Below, one piece after another: positions 12,601-24,792 of a stretch of DNA of 64,000 bases. Location of the stretch: assembly GCA_977018835.1 (NCBI GenBank), contig OZ361256.1, forward strand, positions 4,898,001 to 4,962,000, read 5' to 3'. A model generated the notes under the pieces. It saw only the letters and a list, made by a program, of their open reading frames with translations. It was not told the origin of the DNA and did not search any database. This DNA comes from Minutocellus sp. GHC0000111. Its lineage: Eukaryota. A program made the translations under genes and the position numbers. The first letter of the stretch is position 1; each line of letters opens with the position of its first letter.

Positions 12601-13916
12601 ATAACAATTCGACTCCTATGGATAGCATCGCATTGACTGTGGAAGAAGAGTTTAAGCAATTCGAAAGGACAAGGCTGAAGGGCGAGAGACAGACTATTGT
12701 CCTACGAATTCGCCGTCTCAAGGAAGAAATAACATCTCTGCAAGATCATGGCAGAGCTGCAGCTGCCAAAAAGGGAGGAGAGAAGCCCGAATCAGCCTTA
12801 TCTCGTACCAAGAAAATTACTTGGAAACAACTGGAGCTGAAGAATCTTGAAGGCGAGGAGAAGAGACTCACAAATCGTCTTGATGAACTCTCAGAAAATG
12901 CCTCTTCTTTATCATCTGCAATCGAGGAGGCCGATGACTCAGATGCTTCCGTCACAGCCAAGCCTTCTTCTAGCAATGGCAAGGCTATCAAGAAAAAGAA
13001 GGCTCGAGGATCTACGAATGGCAAAAAGAAGAAAGAGAGTGATAATGTCGCTTCTGACGCTCCAACGAAAGCAACTGCTGCCGATGCCAGCACCGCCAGC
13101 GGTATTGATGCCAAGAAGCGCTCTTCTTCAACAAAGTCTGGTCAGAAGAAACGAAAACAGCCATCGGGTAGCAGCGATGACGAAGATACTGAAAGTGATG
13201 ACCAACCAAAGACCAAGGCTAAGAAGAAGGCTAAAACCTCCGTAAAAAAAATATCAACGAAGAAGGGATTGAGCGACATCCAACGTAAGCGCGACCAAGC
13301 CCGAAGGAAACGTAAGCAGCTGAAGCTTTCTCGCCGTTCCTCGAAATCAAGCAGTGCTGGGGATAATGACGATGACAGCGATGAGGACTACTCACAGGTT
13401 TGGGTCAATAATGACGCAAATGATTCTACTGACCATAATCTTCCACCTGATATATCATCGGACGAACGTCCTGCGAAAAAAAAGAAGCGCCAAAGCCGCC
13501 GCCAGAGTGGTAATAGTACCGGGAGAGGCAGGGGGAGTAAGCCCCGATGGCTTCCCTGTGGATCCTGCCTTGGTTGCACACAGACCAAAGACTGCGGTCG
13601 TTGTCGCTCCTGCCTTGAGCGTCCTTCAGAAGCTACCAATGCTCGTTCCACTGGAAGCTTCCAGCGCTGCATATGCATACAGCGGCAATGCTTGGCGCCT
13701 ACGCACAGAGGTGGTTCCAGTGCTAATGGGGACGATGTCGATATTTCTACCCCGACACTACCACCAGCTACCGACGTCAGTAGCGCGAGCCAAGAAAAGG
13801 ATCTCCCGCAGCTATCTGGTGGGGTAAAGCGCAAGAATATGCCTGCCTTGGGCGGCGTGAAGACCAATACTTATTGCCAGCATCAACTTACTTTTATTAT
13901 CATCACTTTCTACTAA
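9608..13916 (+). CDS. Chromatin reader: 2x Tudor-like, LysM-like, PHD finger, coiled coil, CXXC zinc finger; exons 9608-10310, 10451-10894, 11032-13916 (3' end uncertain)
   Basis: Two repeats of GTxISKDFDGV/AYR...Y...YKxRYxxGDEEE; C4HC3 PHD (CYVC...CDGDSCDKACHLSC...WYCKSC); CGSCLGCTQTKDCGRCRSC...CIQRQC; in-phase GT-AG introns. Confidence 0.85.
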
Positions 13917-13957
13917 GTAAAGTATCGTACAACGCGTGTGTATCTTTTGTTTCGATT

Positions 13958-15165
13958 TCATCTTTTAAAAGCAACTAAATTGAATTCTCTCTTTCTCAAA
14001 AAGCGGAACAAGTCGGTGCATACGTTGAAGGGCGACCCATCCTCTTCATCCTCCACCTCAGTCTGTCCAATACTATCGGCCAACGTGTTGGCAGCGGGAG
14101 GGGAGTCAGTGTCCTCCACGATGACATCGGCATTCTTGGTGGCGTCGCCGCCAGACTGGAAATACTCGTCATCCTTGCCATTAGTAATGTCCTCGTCGTT
14201 GGAGACAACGTCCTTAGCTGAAGTAGAGTCCTTGGCGTTCTCGCCACCTTGATTTTTCTCCTCCATGCTGGGCCATGCAACAATAAGCCCACGACCATCC
14301 TTACTGGCATCATCATCCTTTTTGATAGTATCCTCCTCGCTCTCGTCCTCGTTGTTTTCTCCAATGGCCTTAATGCCGGCTTCACCAGCATTTCCTTCCA
14401 CAAGATGGTCACTAACAGCGTCATCCTTCTTCTCTTCTTCATTACCCTGCTTCTTTTCGCTCTGGATAGGGACAGGAGCAGTAGCAACACTCATAGTAGA
14501 CGACATGCGCTGGAACATGTTGGCGGCATCAGCGGCGGCCACAGCAAGTTGCTGAGAGAAAGAGGTGCTCTCGACAACGGGGACCTCGGCGTCGCTCTTG
14601 AGCTGCGATCCGTCGATAGTGCCATCGGTGTTGTACGAATTGAGAATGAAATCGTCACCGTTACCGTCAGTAGACGCACGAGAGATGTCTCCAAAGTCAA
14701 GCACATCGTCCTATACAATAGAGGAGTGAAGATGATGAGGGAGATGCCACAGGTGAGAGAGTTAGGATATGTGTGTTGTGTGGTATTCCAGCATGGTAGA
14801 TATTGGATCCCTATGTAGTAATTCAGTCACCAGCAATCATCGAGAATACGTGTACTGGCTGCCGCCGCCGCCTACAACGACTTACCCTCTTCTCGGTGGC
14901 ATCGTCAACAGTGCCATCGCTTCTGTTCCTCCTCTTCAATCACAGGGAGCTCGGTGCTGGCGAACTTGTTGCTGCCCTTGGTCTTCTTCTTGCCCCATTT
15001 GAACTTCTTCTTTCCTCCGGATCCCTTCTTGTTCTTGTTGCGCTTGTTGAAGATGAAAGCCCTGTCGATTGAGATAGAGCAAAGGATCAAAAGGACAAGT
15101 TAGCATGGAATCATTGGTGAGATGAATATGTTTTGATCCGTGGCGCCATTTGAAGATACGTACAT
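13958..15165 (-). CDS. Unknown protein with basic N-terminus and acidic body; exons 15165-15164, 15061-14886, 14710-13958; one frameshift near 14920
   Basis: Canonical donors (gtacgt, gtaagt), acceptors and branch point CTAAC; AT|G GCT TTC gives MAFIFNKR; exon 2 needs a frame change at CAG AAG C GAT to reach the phase-0 donor. Confidence 0.55.
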
Positions 15166-15279
15166 TGTTGACGATGCCGATGGGGTCGATTTGTAGGCAG
15201 TGAGTGCAGTGCGCAGGAAAACAAATAAATGAAAGTGAAAGTCAGAATGCGAGAATGCCGATAGCTCTACGTAGCTCAA

Positions 15280-17289
15280 TCGGGCCGTCGTTGACCTTAG
15301 CATCTGGAGAGAAACTCTGATTACGCGTAAGCTTTTCCACCTTCTGCTCCCTGGCGACTCTCTTGATCATGATGCGCCCATTGAAATCAACGTCTTTGGT
15401 TTCATCCTTCATTGGTCGGCCAACAACTCCAAGATGCACAACTTTGACAGGGTGTCTTCTGGATCGAATTTTCGGGCTTGCCTCGGAAGCATGGACAGAC
15501 GCGAGGTTCGGACTACTTAGTTCTTCGTCAGAAAGTGGCAACATCTTGATCTTTCGTCGCCGAGCAGCAGTGTAAAACCACTTTTCATCAAGATGCGCTA
15601 CAGGAATGTTGGGATCGGTCGTAATGTCCTCCCACTTTTCGATCCAATCAAGTCGCTTCCTGCAACATTCGGGGGTGAGCCTCGGCTTCTCGATCGACGA
15701 CTTCCATCTCCTTGCCGCCTTCTTGCTTTTTCCACCAGCGAAAAAGCTGAAGACGATGGAGACTAATTGTCAGCCTGTCTTCATCTGGAGCAGCTGATTT
15801 TGCGCTCACACAGTCAGCTAGCTCCTTAAAGGTTGCCATCGCACCCTTCATCCGAGCAGCATGCCGACACAGCTCGCGGAGATGTCCTGGCTCCTTCTCC
15901 TCGATCATGTCCGTGTGTGCCTTCCTTCCACGAACCGAACCTCCTTTCTGCCGATGGGATTGCTGATGCCATCAGCAAGGCTTTTGTAGAGCTGGTCTCT
16001 CCACTTGTAAAGCTGAGAACCACCGGTTGACTTGGCACAACCGTGATCGCACGCAACTTGCCGACACGCGGCAGTTGCAATTTGTTGCCGGTCTTCATGC
16101 GTGCGAGTTGGGTCGCCGCATCCCCACCAATCCGCGAGAGCCACGGCGCTGAACCGCATTCTTTCATTCGCCTGCTTTTCTTTTCTCTGATGATTGGCAT
16201 TGGTTCGGTGACGGTTGCATTGGGACGAGGAGGACGGAGCATGTCATCGTTGGCCATCCGAACAACAAAGTCGAGGCCGAGAGCGACCTTTGCCTGTTCA
16301 TCAATGTCACTGGAGGTGGCACAGACAACGGAAGTGTCGGCTCCTCCTAAACCTTCATCATTGGGGGAGGCTGCAGCTGCTTCAGTGGCGGAAGCATCAC
16401 CAGTTCCCTTTAGCATGCTGAGGAGACTTGCTGGCATCCAACCCAGTTTCTTGGCCTCGTCGACTAGTGATTTTACTCTTGCTTCGCAATGCGCTGACTG
16501 TGCACCTCCTTTCTGTGAGCTGACAACCTCTCACCTAGCTTAGCAGCTAAGACAGTCGAGCGCCCAGAGAACAGAACTTCATCGGGATTTCTTTTCTCGT
16601 GCACCTTCTGTCCCTCCGGTCCAGAGAATTTCGGGTGGTTGTCCTCCTTCTTTTTATGCAACCTGTGAGAGCACAAACACAAAGCGCCCTGCGTCTTGTC
16701 TTCCCTCTCGGCCGACACGTCGACAAGTGCAACTTCAAACTACAATGCTCCTTGAGATGTTGCTGCACATCCTTCCATTTTTCCTCGTTGTGCTGTAGCT
16801 CACACTTTCCTCCACCGACGGACTTGGAACGCAACAAGTCGGCCTCGATGAAAGCAGGGAGGACGTCTTCTTCCCATTTCTGCCGGCCGAGAGCCAACAC
16901 AAATGTCATCTTTGCCGCAGGAATCGGGGGTCACTCTCCACCACAGATCCTTACCAGCCCTTCGAATGACATCTGCTGCAAGGAGAAAGGCCATGGGGAC
17001 AGGAGGAGGGGCCGTCCTCTTCTTCGCCGACGACGGTGACGGTTTGGCGGGGGGGCGAATTTGACCGTGGCCGCTTCTTCGACGTGTTTGCGCTCGGCGA
17101 TGGTGTTTTCGGCTCAGCTGCCGCCTTTGCCGCCTTCCTGGATGCCTTGGTGTTGCCTCTCTTGCTCCCTGAGAACGAAGTTCTGCTGCTGCGTTTGTGT
17201 TTTTTGGGCGTGGTCTGGTTGGTCGTCGTCATCATCGTCACAAAATTTGCGGGTTGCGGTGAGGGTGTGCGGGGGACCAAAAAATGCAT
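15280..17289 (-). pseudogene. Tc1/mariner DD39D-like transposase, N-terminal half, frameshifted and truncated
   Basis: AHLDEKWFY (15572-15595) and KVVHLGVVGRP...FNGRI correspond to the plant-mariner HIDEKWFY and KVMFL...ARP...FDGKI motifs; the second and third Asp are missing. Confidence 0.8.
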
Positions 17290-17504
17290 GTGTTCCTGCC
17301 AGAATCTACTGGACCTGCGAATTCAGTGGATACTACTGGTCGGTGGCAACCTACTGAATGAGCAGGTCGAGCAGACATCCACGACGAGTTGAGGAGCATT
17401 TTTGCGTTCCTCCCGAAGAGAACATCGACTAACAAAACACGTGGTGGGAAATGAGAAATGGGTGCAAGAATGACCTTTTTTAGGGGTTATTGGTATACCC
17501 TCTA

Positions 17505-17525
17505 CAAATCCTCTGAACCGAAAGG
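17505..17525. repeat. Right terminal inverted repeat of the Tc1/mariner-like element
   Basis: CAAATCCTCTGAACCGAAAGG followed by TA (17526-17527), upstream of the minus-strand transposase. Confidence 0.8.
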
Positions 17526-17871
17526 TACCATGGTACCTCTAGCTAGTACTAGCACTAGGCCTAGTAGCTACGTAGCTACGTAGGTAGGACATCGAGCCGT
17601 CATGAATTTCAGAATAACAGGATTAAAGGAGATCGGGGAAAACCCTAGACAATTAACGGCAAAGACATTGTCCTTGTTTCTGTACTTCAACATTTGAGAT
17701 TTTCTTTTTTGCTCGCTGCAAGCGACGTTGGTGTGACTGCGTGGGTGACTGATGATGGCCCTTGCGTTCGTTACTGGCTTGAGCGATTGACCCCTTGCAA
17801 TTTGTGGCGGCAGCAGCAGTGGTATCGATCGAAATCACTCCTCGTTAGCTTTTTGCGATTGAAAGCTTGTC

Positions 17872-20442
17872 ATGAACGCAATAAGATCCACCGCGCTCCT
17901 AGCGGTTCTCTGTCTTTCTTGTGGCGGGGGCGCCCACGCGTTTGTACCGACAAGTCGTATCAGCAGTTCTACTCGTACTAGCAGTAGCACTGTCGCCAAG
18001 CGTCCCTTCCATGCATCGACGCTCGAGGAAACAGAAACTGCGAGCATTCTGGACAAGCCAGCAGAAGAGCTCGATGTGAAGGACCAGGCCAAGGTCGCCG
18101 AGAAGGCGGTAGTTGTTCTGGAGGACGACATCGCGGAGGCGCTGCAGGCCGAGGCCGAGGCGATGGCCGACGCGCTCATGGACGAGGAATGCGAGATCGA
18201 TGCCGAGGATGACCTCTGCCGCGACGAAGGCAAGCGCGCCAGGGCCAAGAAGATGCTCAAGAGCATCGTCGGGAGTACGCTTGGTCTCGTCCGACGGGGC
18301 GATGGTGGCGCCGGCGACACCGCTGCAGACGATGCGGATACAGAACACTTTTTCGATACTGGGGTGTTGGATGGTGATGATGTTCCAGAGGGTGAACTCT
18401 TGGAACGTGGATGGGAGCAGCGCGGCAGCTCATCGGCACTCGGGCGGAATGCCGAGGTGTGGAAGTTTGCCCTCAAATGCGTCTTCAAGGCACTCAAACC
18501 ACGGAAGCTGCGAAAGGCCGATGCGTCCGAGGAAGAAATTCAGGCGGCCAAGACGGAAGCGGCTGTTTTTATTCGCGATGGGCTGCTCCGTCTTGGACCT
18601 ACATTTGTCAAGCTGGGACAAGTCGTGTCGACTCGCACGGATGTGCTACCCGTTGAATATACGGATGTGCTCAAGACTTTGCAGGATGATGTTCCAGGGT
18701 TCTCAGGCGCTCGGGCCAAGGACATTGTTTCGCGAGAATTGGGCAAGCCTTGTGATGAGGTATTTCAGAACTTTTCGTCGGAGCCTCTGGCGGCCGCATC
18801 CCTCGGGCAGGTCCATACGGCCACATACAAGGGTAAAAAGGTAGCCATCAAGGTGCAACGTGCCGGATTAAAGGAGTTGTTCGATGTGGACCTCAAAAAT
18901 CTCAAGAAACTTGCAGTGCTGCTGGACAAGTTTGATCCCAAAACGGATGGTGCCGACCGTGATTGGGTGTCGATTTACGAGGAGAGTGAGCGCTTGTTGT
19001 ATCTGGAGATCGATTATCTCAATGAAGCAACCAATGCTGAACGTTTTGCACGTGACTTTGACGATGTTGAGTGGGTCCGCGTCCCTCAATTTTACCGGGA
19101 GGTTTCGACTCCTCGTGTTCTGACCATGGAGTTCCTGGAATCCTTCAAGCTTACCAATATCGAGCGCGTAGTGGAGCTTGGACTCGATAGAGAGCTGCTC
19201 GCAAAAAGAACAGCAGATGCCTTCCTTCGGCAGATCATTGAAACTGGATATTTCCATTGTGAGTGAAGGTTTGGCTTCTAATATTTCTGATGTTTTTGGG
19301 TATACATCTCTTACGAACCTCTCTCTTTCTTTCTCTCTCTCCTTCTTCTCTTTCTTCTCCCTCTTCTTCTCTCCCTCTCTCCCTCTCTCCAATCCAAGGC
19401 GATCCTCATCCCGTGAGTGGACACGTACACGTAGCTTCACCAGATATATATGTTTGCATCTACTTGAGACCAAGCTTTTCGTTTTCCTTCTTTTCTGCAT
19501 CTCACCTCTTGCTTCCATTTATTGCTTTTTATTTTGCAGGGTAATCTTTGTGTCGATACCGAGGGCAACCTTGTTTACTACGATTTCGGAATGATGGACG
19601 AACTAAAGCCGAATGTCCGTTCTGGATTTAGAAAATTTTGCACCGCACTTTTCGCTGGTGGACCCATGATTTCTGATATTGATTTGGCCAAAAATGCCAA
19701 AATGTTGGTTGATGGCGTTGAGGAGGCTGGAGTTCTTGCCCGCGGTGCCGATCGGCTTGCCGTAGAGAAGCTTGCACGATACTTTATGCGAACTTTCAAG
19801 GACAAGCAGCTTGGGAAGAAGGCGTCCAATATCAAAACAACAATCGGTACCGACCTGCAGACACTCACTGAAAATAATGTGTTCCGCTTTCCGAGCACGT
19901 TCACATTTATTTTCCGTTCGTTTGCCAGTATTGATGGCATTGGTAAGGGTCTGGACAAAGATTATGACATCGGAAAACTGGCACAGCCATTCGTTGAAAA
20001 ATTCACTGAGACTCAGAAGGGATACAAATCGGAGTCCGAGAAGCAACTTTCAATCTTTAGCAAGGCTACTGGTCTGAATGCTGATGATATCAATACTGCC
20101 GTCACATCGCCAAAAAAGATTCAGTACATCGAAGAAACTCTTCGAGCGATGGAAAATGGCACACTCAAGGTCCGTGTCCGTTCGTTGGAGAATGAGAAGG
20201 CTCTTGAAAGAATGTCCCTCTCGCAAGGGCGCATGGAAAATCTGCTTCTCGCCTCTGTCCTGCTCAATGTCGCCGGTGTTGCTTCTGGACCCATCCTCAC
20301 GGCAGCTGGATCGATCGGTGCCGCAGTCTTTGGCTTCCAAGCCTTTATGGCCAACGCCAAGATCAAAAAGTTTGACGAGACCCAGGCCAAATTCGTTTCG
20401 ACGAGCTTTGAGGATGGAGATACGGAATCATCCGAAGAGTAA
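17872..20442 (+). CDS. ABC1/UbiB atypical kinase, plastid-targeted (ABC1K7/8-like); exons 17872-19258, 19399-19412, 19540-20442
   Basis: Signal peptide plus AHA/FVP; LGPTFVKLGQ, AAASLGQVH, VAIKVQR, EIDY, HCDPHPGN (spliced), DFGM. Confidence 0.95.
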
Positions 20443-20602
20443 AATTAACATGTCGTTTTTTAACATATGTATTATCAATAGCATTGTGGGGTGAGACCGA
20501 TTTGATCATTATTCGAAGCTCCTACAAGAAGCCGCAATGATACAGCGCATTTCTCACCACAGAGGGCACGGAGTCTCCGTGCAGAGAGGACTCTCCGTGT
20601 TC

Positions 20603-22197
20603 TCAATCCATCGAATGCCGGCTCAGAAAATACTTCATCTGATCTCTGTTGAGGGAACGCGGTGGCAGGACAGCCCGATGCGAGGGCCGGCCAGTGGGAG
20701 CGGCCGAGCCACCGACGGACCACCCAGCCTTCTCCTCTCCGTGCTCACCGATGACGCCCAAACTTCCGCCGACGGACAGGGTCAACTCCTCGTCGCCGAT
20801 GGAGGACTGGCACGACATGTCACTACTTTGATAGTTGTGACTAACCACAACGCGGGAGGGCAGAGGCATGACCATGTCACTCATGGTGGAATTGGACGTG
20901 GAGGGAGTGTCTAGATCCTTCCCATGCTGGGAATGCGCCTTGAGGAGGGGATGGTGCGATCCACCACCCCCTGCCGCTGCGGGAGGGGTCATCACGTCCG
21001 ATCCGATGGCCTCAATAGTCAGGCCCTCGTTGGACGTGTCGATGGTCGATCGGGTCACGGCGCCCTTGGAGGCGGCCGTGCCGCCCCGTCCACCGGTGGC
21101 TGACGAAGCAGTCAGTCCCGCCTCCTCCAGTTCGGTCGGCCAAAACGTAGAAATATCATCGACGTGGATGGGACCGTGCGTCCCGTCCAGCGTCGTGCAG
21201 TCCTCGTCGCCCTCGCAGTACACGGCCGGCTTGGGCTCGTCGCATTCCTCCACCAGCCACTGATGCGGCAGGGGCGCGCCAGCGCCCAGACCGACCTTGT
21301 CGTCGGACCGGTAGTACTCCACGTCGACCGTGGCATACCCGTCCCTCTCCAAACAGCCAACGTTGACCTCCAGAGCGTCCATGGTGGAATCAGGAGCGCG
21401 CAGGAGGTTGACGCCACACCGACCGCAGAAGGTATGGGCCGCCATACAGGTCGTTCCAGTGGGACTTCCATCCTCGCTGACATTGTTGACCGTGACATAG
21501 TACATCCGTAGATGTCGGCTGCCCTTGGTCAGTTGGAACTTGTCGGCTGTTGTCGGATAATGCGGATATCTAATCTTTCCGCCGCAGTCCAGGGCCGCAA
21601 TGTTGCGAGGAGCGCACAGCTGTTGATATTAAGCAAAGAGGGAAAGAGTTTGAACGAACATTATGAGTAAGTACACGCATTCGGTCCAGTATCTTGTTGA
21701 TCTTGATTCATGGCACAGACGGCCATCAACATCAACAACTCCAAACTCACCGTGAAGCGGATCGAACCGCAGTGGCAGCTACCGCGGTGCTGCATGTCGG
21801 GCCCTGCCGAGTCGTCACCCTTGTTCTTCTTGCCGTTGCTGGTCTTGCCGTCCCGACCGTACGCCGCACGGTGGTACGAGTCTCCGTCCTGAATTTTGCG
21901 AAACAGCGCCGCTCGGAGGAACGTCAGCAGGAACGACGGAAGGCCGAGGATGCCGCCGCTGCCTCGGCTGCCGTCGTCGTCGACGGAGGACCGCCTGTCG
22001 CCGCCCCTCATCATGGCCGCGACCAGGCGGTAAACGGCAAGGGACAAGCCGAGGGTGGCCGCGTATCCCAGAGCCTGGTCGGTACCGACGACGATGCCCT
22101 GGCCGTCTGGCGATCGGCGGATCGGCTGAAACATGGCAGACACCACCCTGGCGACGGGGTCGGAAATAATTCCGGACGCCATGGCACCACCCGCCAT
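20603..22197 (-). CDS. GFA/CENP-V-like (Mss4-like) zinc protein with N-terminal membrane segment; exons 22197-21751, 21619-20603
   Basis: HRGSCHCGSIRF and HTFCGRCGV...VNVGCL motifs; in-phase GT-AG intron. Confidence 0.8.
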
Positions 22198-22694
22198 CAA
22201 TCGACTACTGGCTCTTTCGGGAGGGGGTGCCAGCTCTGGAACCTTTGCGGTTTGCTACTCTGCCGCAACACGTACAGCCAGTTATTTCAGCTGTGGCGAT
22301 GGCGATAAACGTGATGGGTTCAGACATCTTGCCGTTATTTACGGCGGAACCTCTCAAAGTACAACAAGTGAAGAATTTGCCGGGACTTGAAAACGAGCAC
22401 GTAGATCTGCAGATCTACGTACGTCATCAGAAAGGTCGGCATGTCGGCATGGCTGGCAAGCAAAGCGAAAGAAAGCGCTCTGCCTCTACATGTACATGTA
22501 GCTACGTACATGTAGCTACGTAGCTAGCTACGTAGATCTTCGCTCCGGCTCGCCTCTCTTCATAACCTTGAAATTAATACTATGACTTTTAGCTTTCTAT
22601 TAGACGGACACGAGCAGACAGGAATCCCATCTCGTGACATGCTAGAAATTGACATAAATCTTGAGAAAAAATATTAGCAAACGACGAGATTTTT

Positions 22695-24792
22695 TTACAG
22701 TGGAATTGTAAATCTCTCCTCGGTAAAGTCGCCCTCGACTCTACCAATCTCTTGAGCGTGGCCGTCGCTAAGGAGGTGAGAAATCAGAATATGCGACCCT
22801 TCCCCAAGCCCGTCCGACCAGGAGTCAGTAACGGTTACAACACACTGGCCAAGGACGTCAGAGGGAATGTAGGCCACCTCCGTTTCCGTCTCCCCGGCAA
22901 AGTCCCGCTGGCCATAGCGGCCAGAAGGGATGTCGGCAAGGTCGATCACATCGCTTTCGCCTCGGCCGCACTTGACGGACCATCCAATGTCTTCAGGGTG
23001 GTTGTCGAAGTGAAAGTCGACCCGCACTGACGAGCGGAAGACGGGTACGCTATCGCCCTCAAGAGCATCGTCTCTGCCAGCGTTGGTGCCACCCTTGTTG
23101 TTGCCAACATCGGTTGAAGTTGGGGCGGTGCTGGACGAAGGCGCAGATGAAATAGTTGGAGACTGGGTGGGAGCTGAAGTTGCGTCGGTAGCCTCGGCGT
23201 TCTTGCCAGATGCACCGTTCGTCTTGCCTTCGCACGCGAGGTAAGAGTCAGGCCAGAACTTGGAGTCGGTGCTGGTGCTCAGGTCGCAGATTTTTCCTGG
23301 AGCCAGCCAAAATGGGATGAGCGGGAGTAAACACCGGGGTAATGAGGATCCGCACAGCCAAATCCCCATGAGACGGTACCAATAAGAATAGGCTTGTTGT
23401 TCTGCTTCGTGGTGATCAACGGGCCTCCAGAGTCACTGTTGGGAGACGAAAAGAAGGAATGGATGAAATGGAATGGCAAAAGTTAGAAACCAAGTCTGAT
23501 GCATGAAAATGTATGTACGCTAGGAATAGGAGATGACGTCATCTCATCCATCCTGCGCGCGGAAAGAACACTCACCCCTGGCAGGCATCCTGTCCCGGTA
23601 GGATGGCGCAAAGCATGTCGGCCTTGACGTAGCGGCCGGAAAAAGCGGCGAGGCACTTCTCCTGGTTGACGTAGGCGACGTCGACCTCCATCTTCCAGTC
23701 GGTACCCTTGCCCTGCTGATTGAGGGAGCCATAGCCCATGGTCTTGAACACCTGCATTCCCACCGCGTTTTTGTCGAGTGATGGGTCGAGAGATGGGTCA
23801 AGGGGGAAACCGGGGTCGGTATTGATTTCGATGGGGGCGATGATCTTGGGGTCGATGGGGTCTTCCTCGATGGGACAGAGGCACGTATCGTGCAGATATC
23901 CCCGCTCCACGTAGTTGGGATGTGTCCGGCACTTGGCCGGGTCGATTGTACGGAACAGACTGTCGGGATCTCCGTGCTTGTTCAGAGTCTTGAGGATGGC
24001 CTCGTCGGCTCCCAAACGCCCGTTGGACATGCAGCAATGGCCGGCCGTCTGGATGACCTGCGGGGCCACCAGCACGCCGCCGCACCAGTGGACCCCCTTG
24101 GGGTGGAGGGCCACCGACCAGGGGTACTTGTTGTTGTCGGTGACGGGATTGCCGCCGACGATGCGCGCCTGCATCGGTGGTGCCGGCGGGAGGTAGTGCA
24201 TGTAGTCGTTCGAGGCATCTTCATCGCTAGCGCTGTCGAGTTCGCGGTTTTGGTTTTCGTCCCGATAATTATTGCCGGTGCTGACCATAGACGGCCGAGG
24301 CATGGCTGCTGCTGCTGCCGCGTCCGGAAAATTTAGCTCGAGCTCCTCGTCCAACCCCTGCGGCAGCTGGGGCAGCGACGGATGCCGGGACGAAGAGAAG
24401 TTCAGCACATCCATCTCAAACGGAGAGGATGAAGATAATACCATCTGGCCTCTCAAATTTTTACTGCGGTCACGGTAAATAGAGTCTTGGTCGGCACTAC
24501 CGGCATGTCTGTTACCATCAAGTGACGACGCAGTTTCGGCACATGCAGTCCCAACAGAAGAACAGTAGTGAACTACAACCGCTACGGCGGCGGCAGATGC
24601 AGCAGCGCGGTTCCCGTTGCGGCGACGGATACGACTTCTACTCGCTATTCTGTCCTTCATGGTTGGTTTAGTTATGCCGTGGGGAGGACTAAACCCAACA
24701 ATGGTGGAGGGAGGTGGTGGGGCAGCCCCGGCAAGAACGCTCTTTGATCGTGCCCGGGGATGAGAGTTGTGGTGGTTGTGAGTGGTGGACAT
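22695..24792 (-). CDS. Trypsin-family serine protease with long propeptide and C-terminal extension; intron 23575-23436; 1-nt frameshift near 23293
   Basis: [39 protein letters not shown]; one extra A in the A-run restores WLQEKICDLS. Confidence 0.9.

Larger units (their letters stand above)
517..17525 (-). mobile_element. Tc1/mariner (DD39D-like) element ends bracketing 17 kb; composite or rearranged element
   Basis: 21/22-bp TIR pair, each flanked by TA; different subterminal sequences at the two ends; transposase N-terminal half lies next to the right TIR. That both ends belong to one insertion is inference. Confidence 0.5.
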
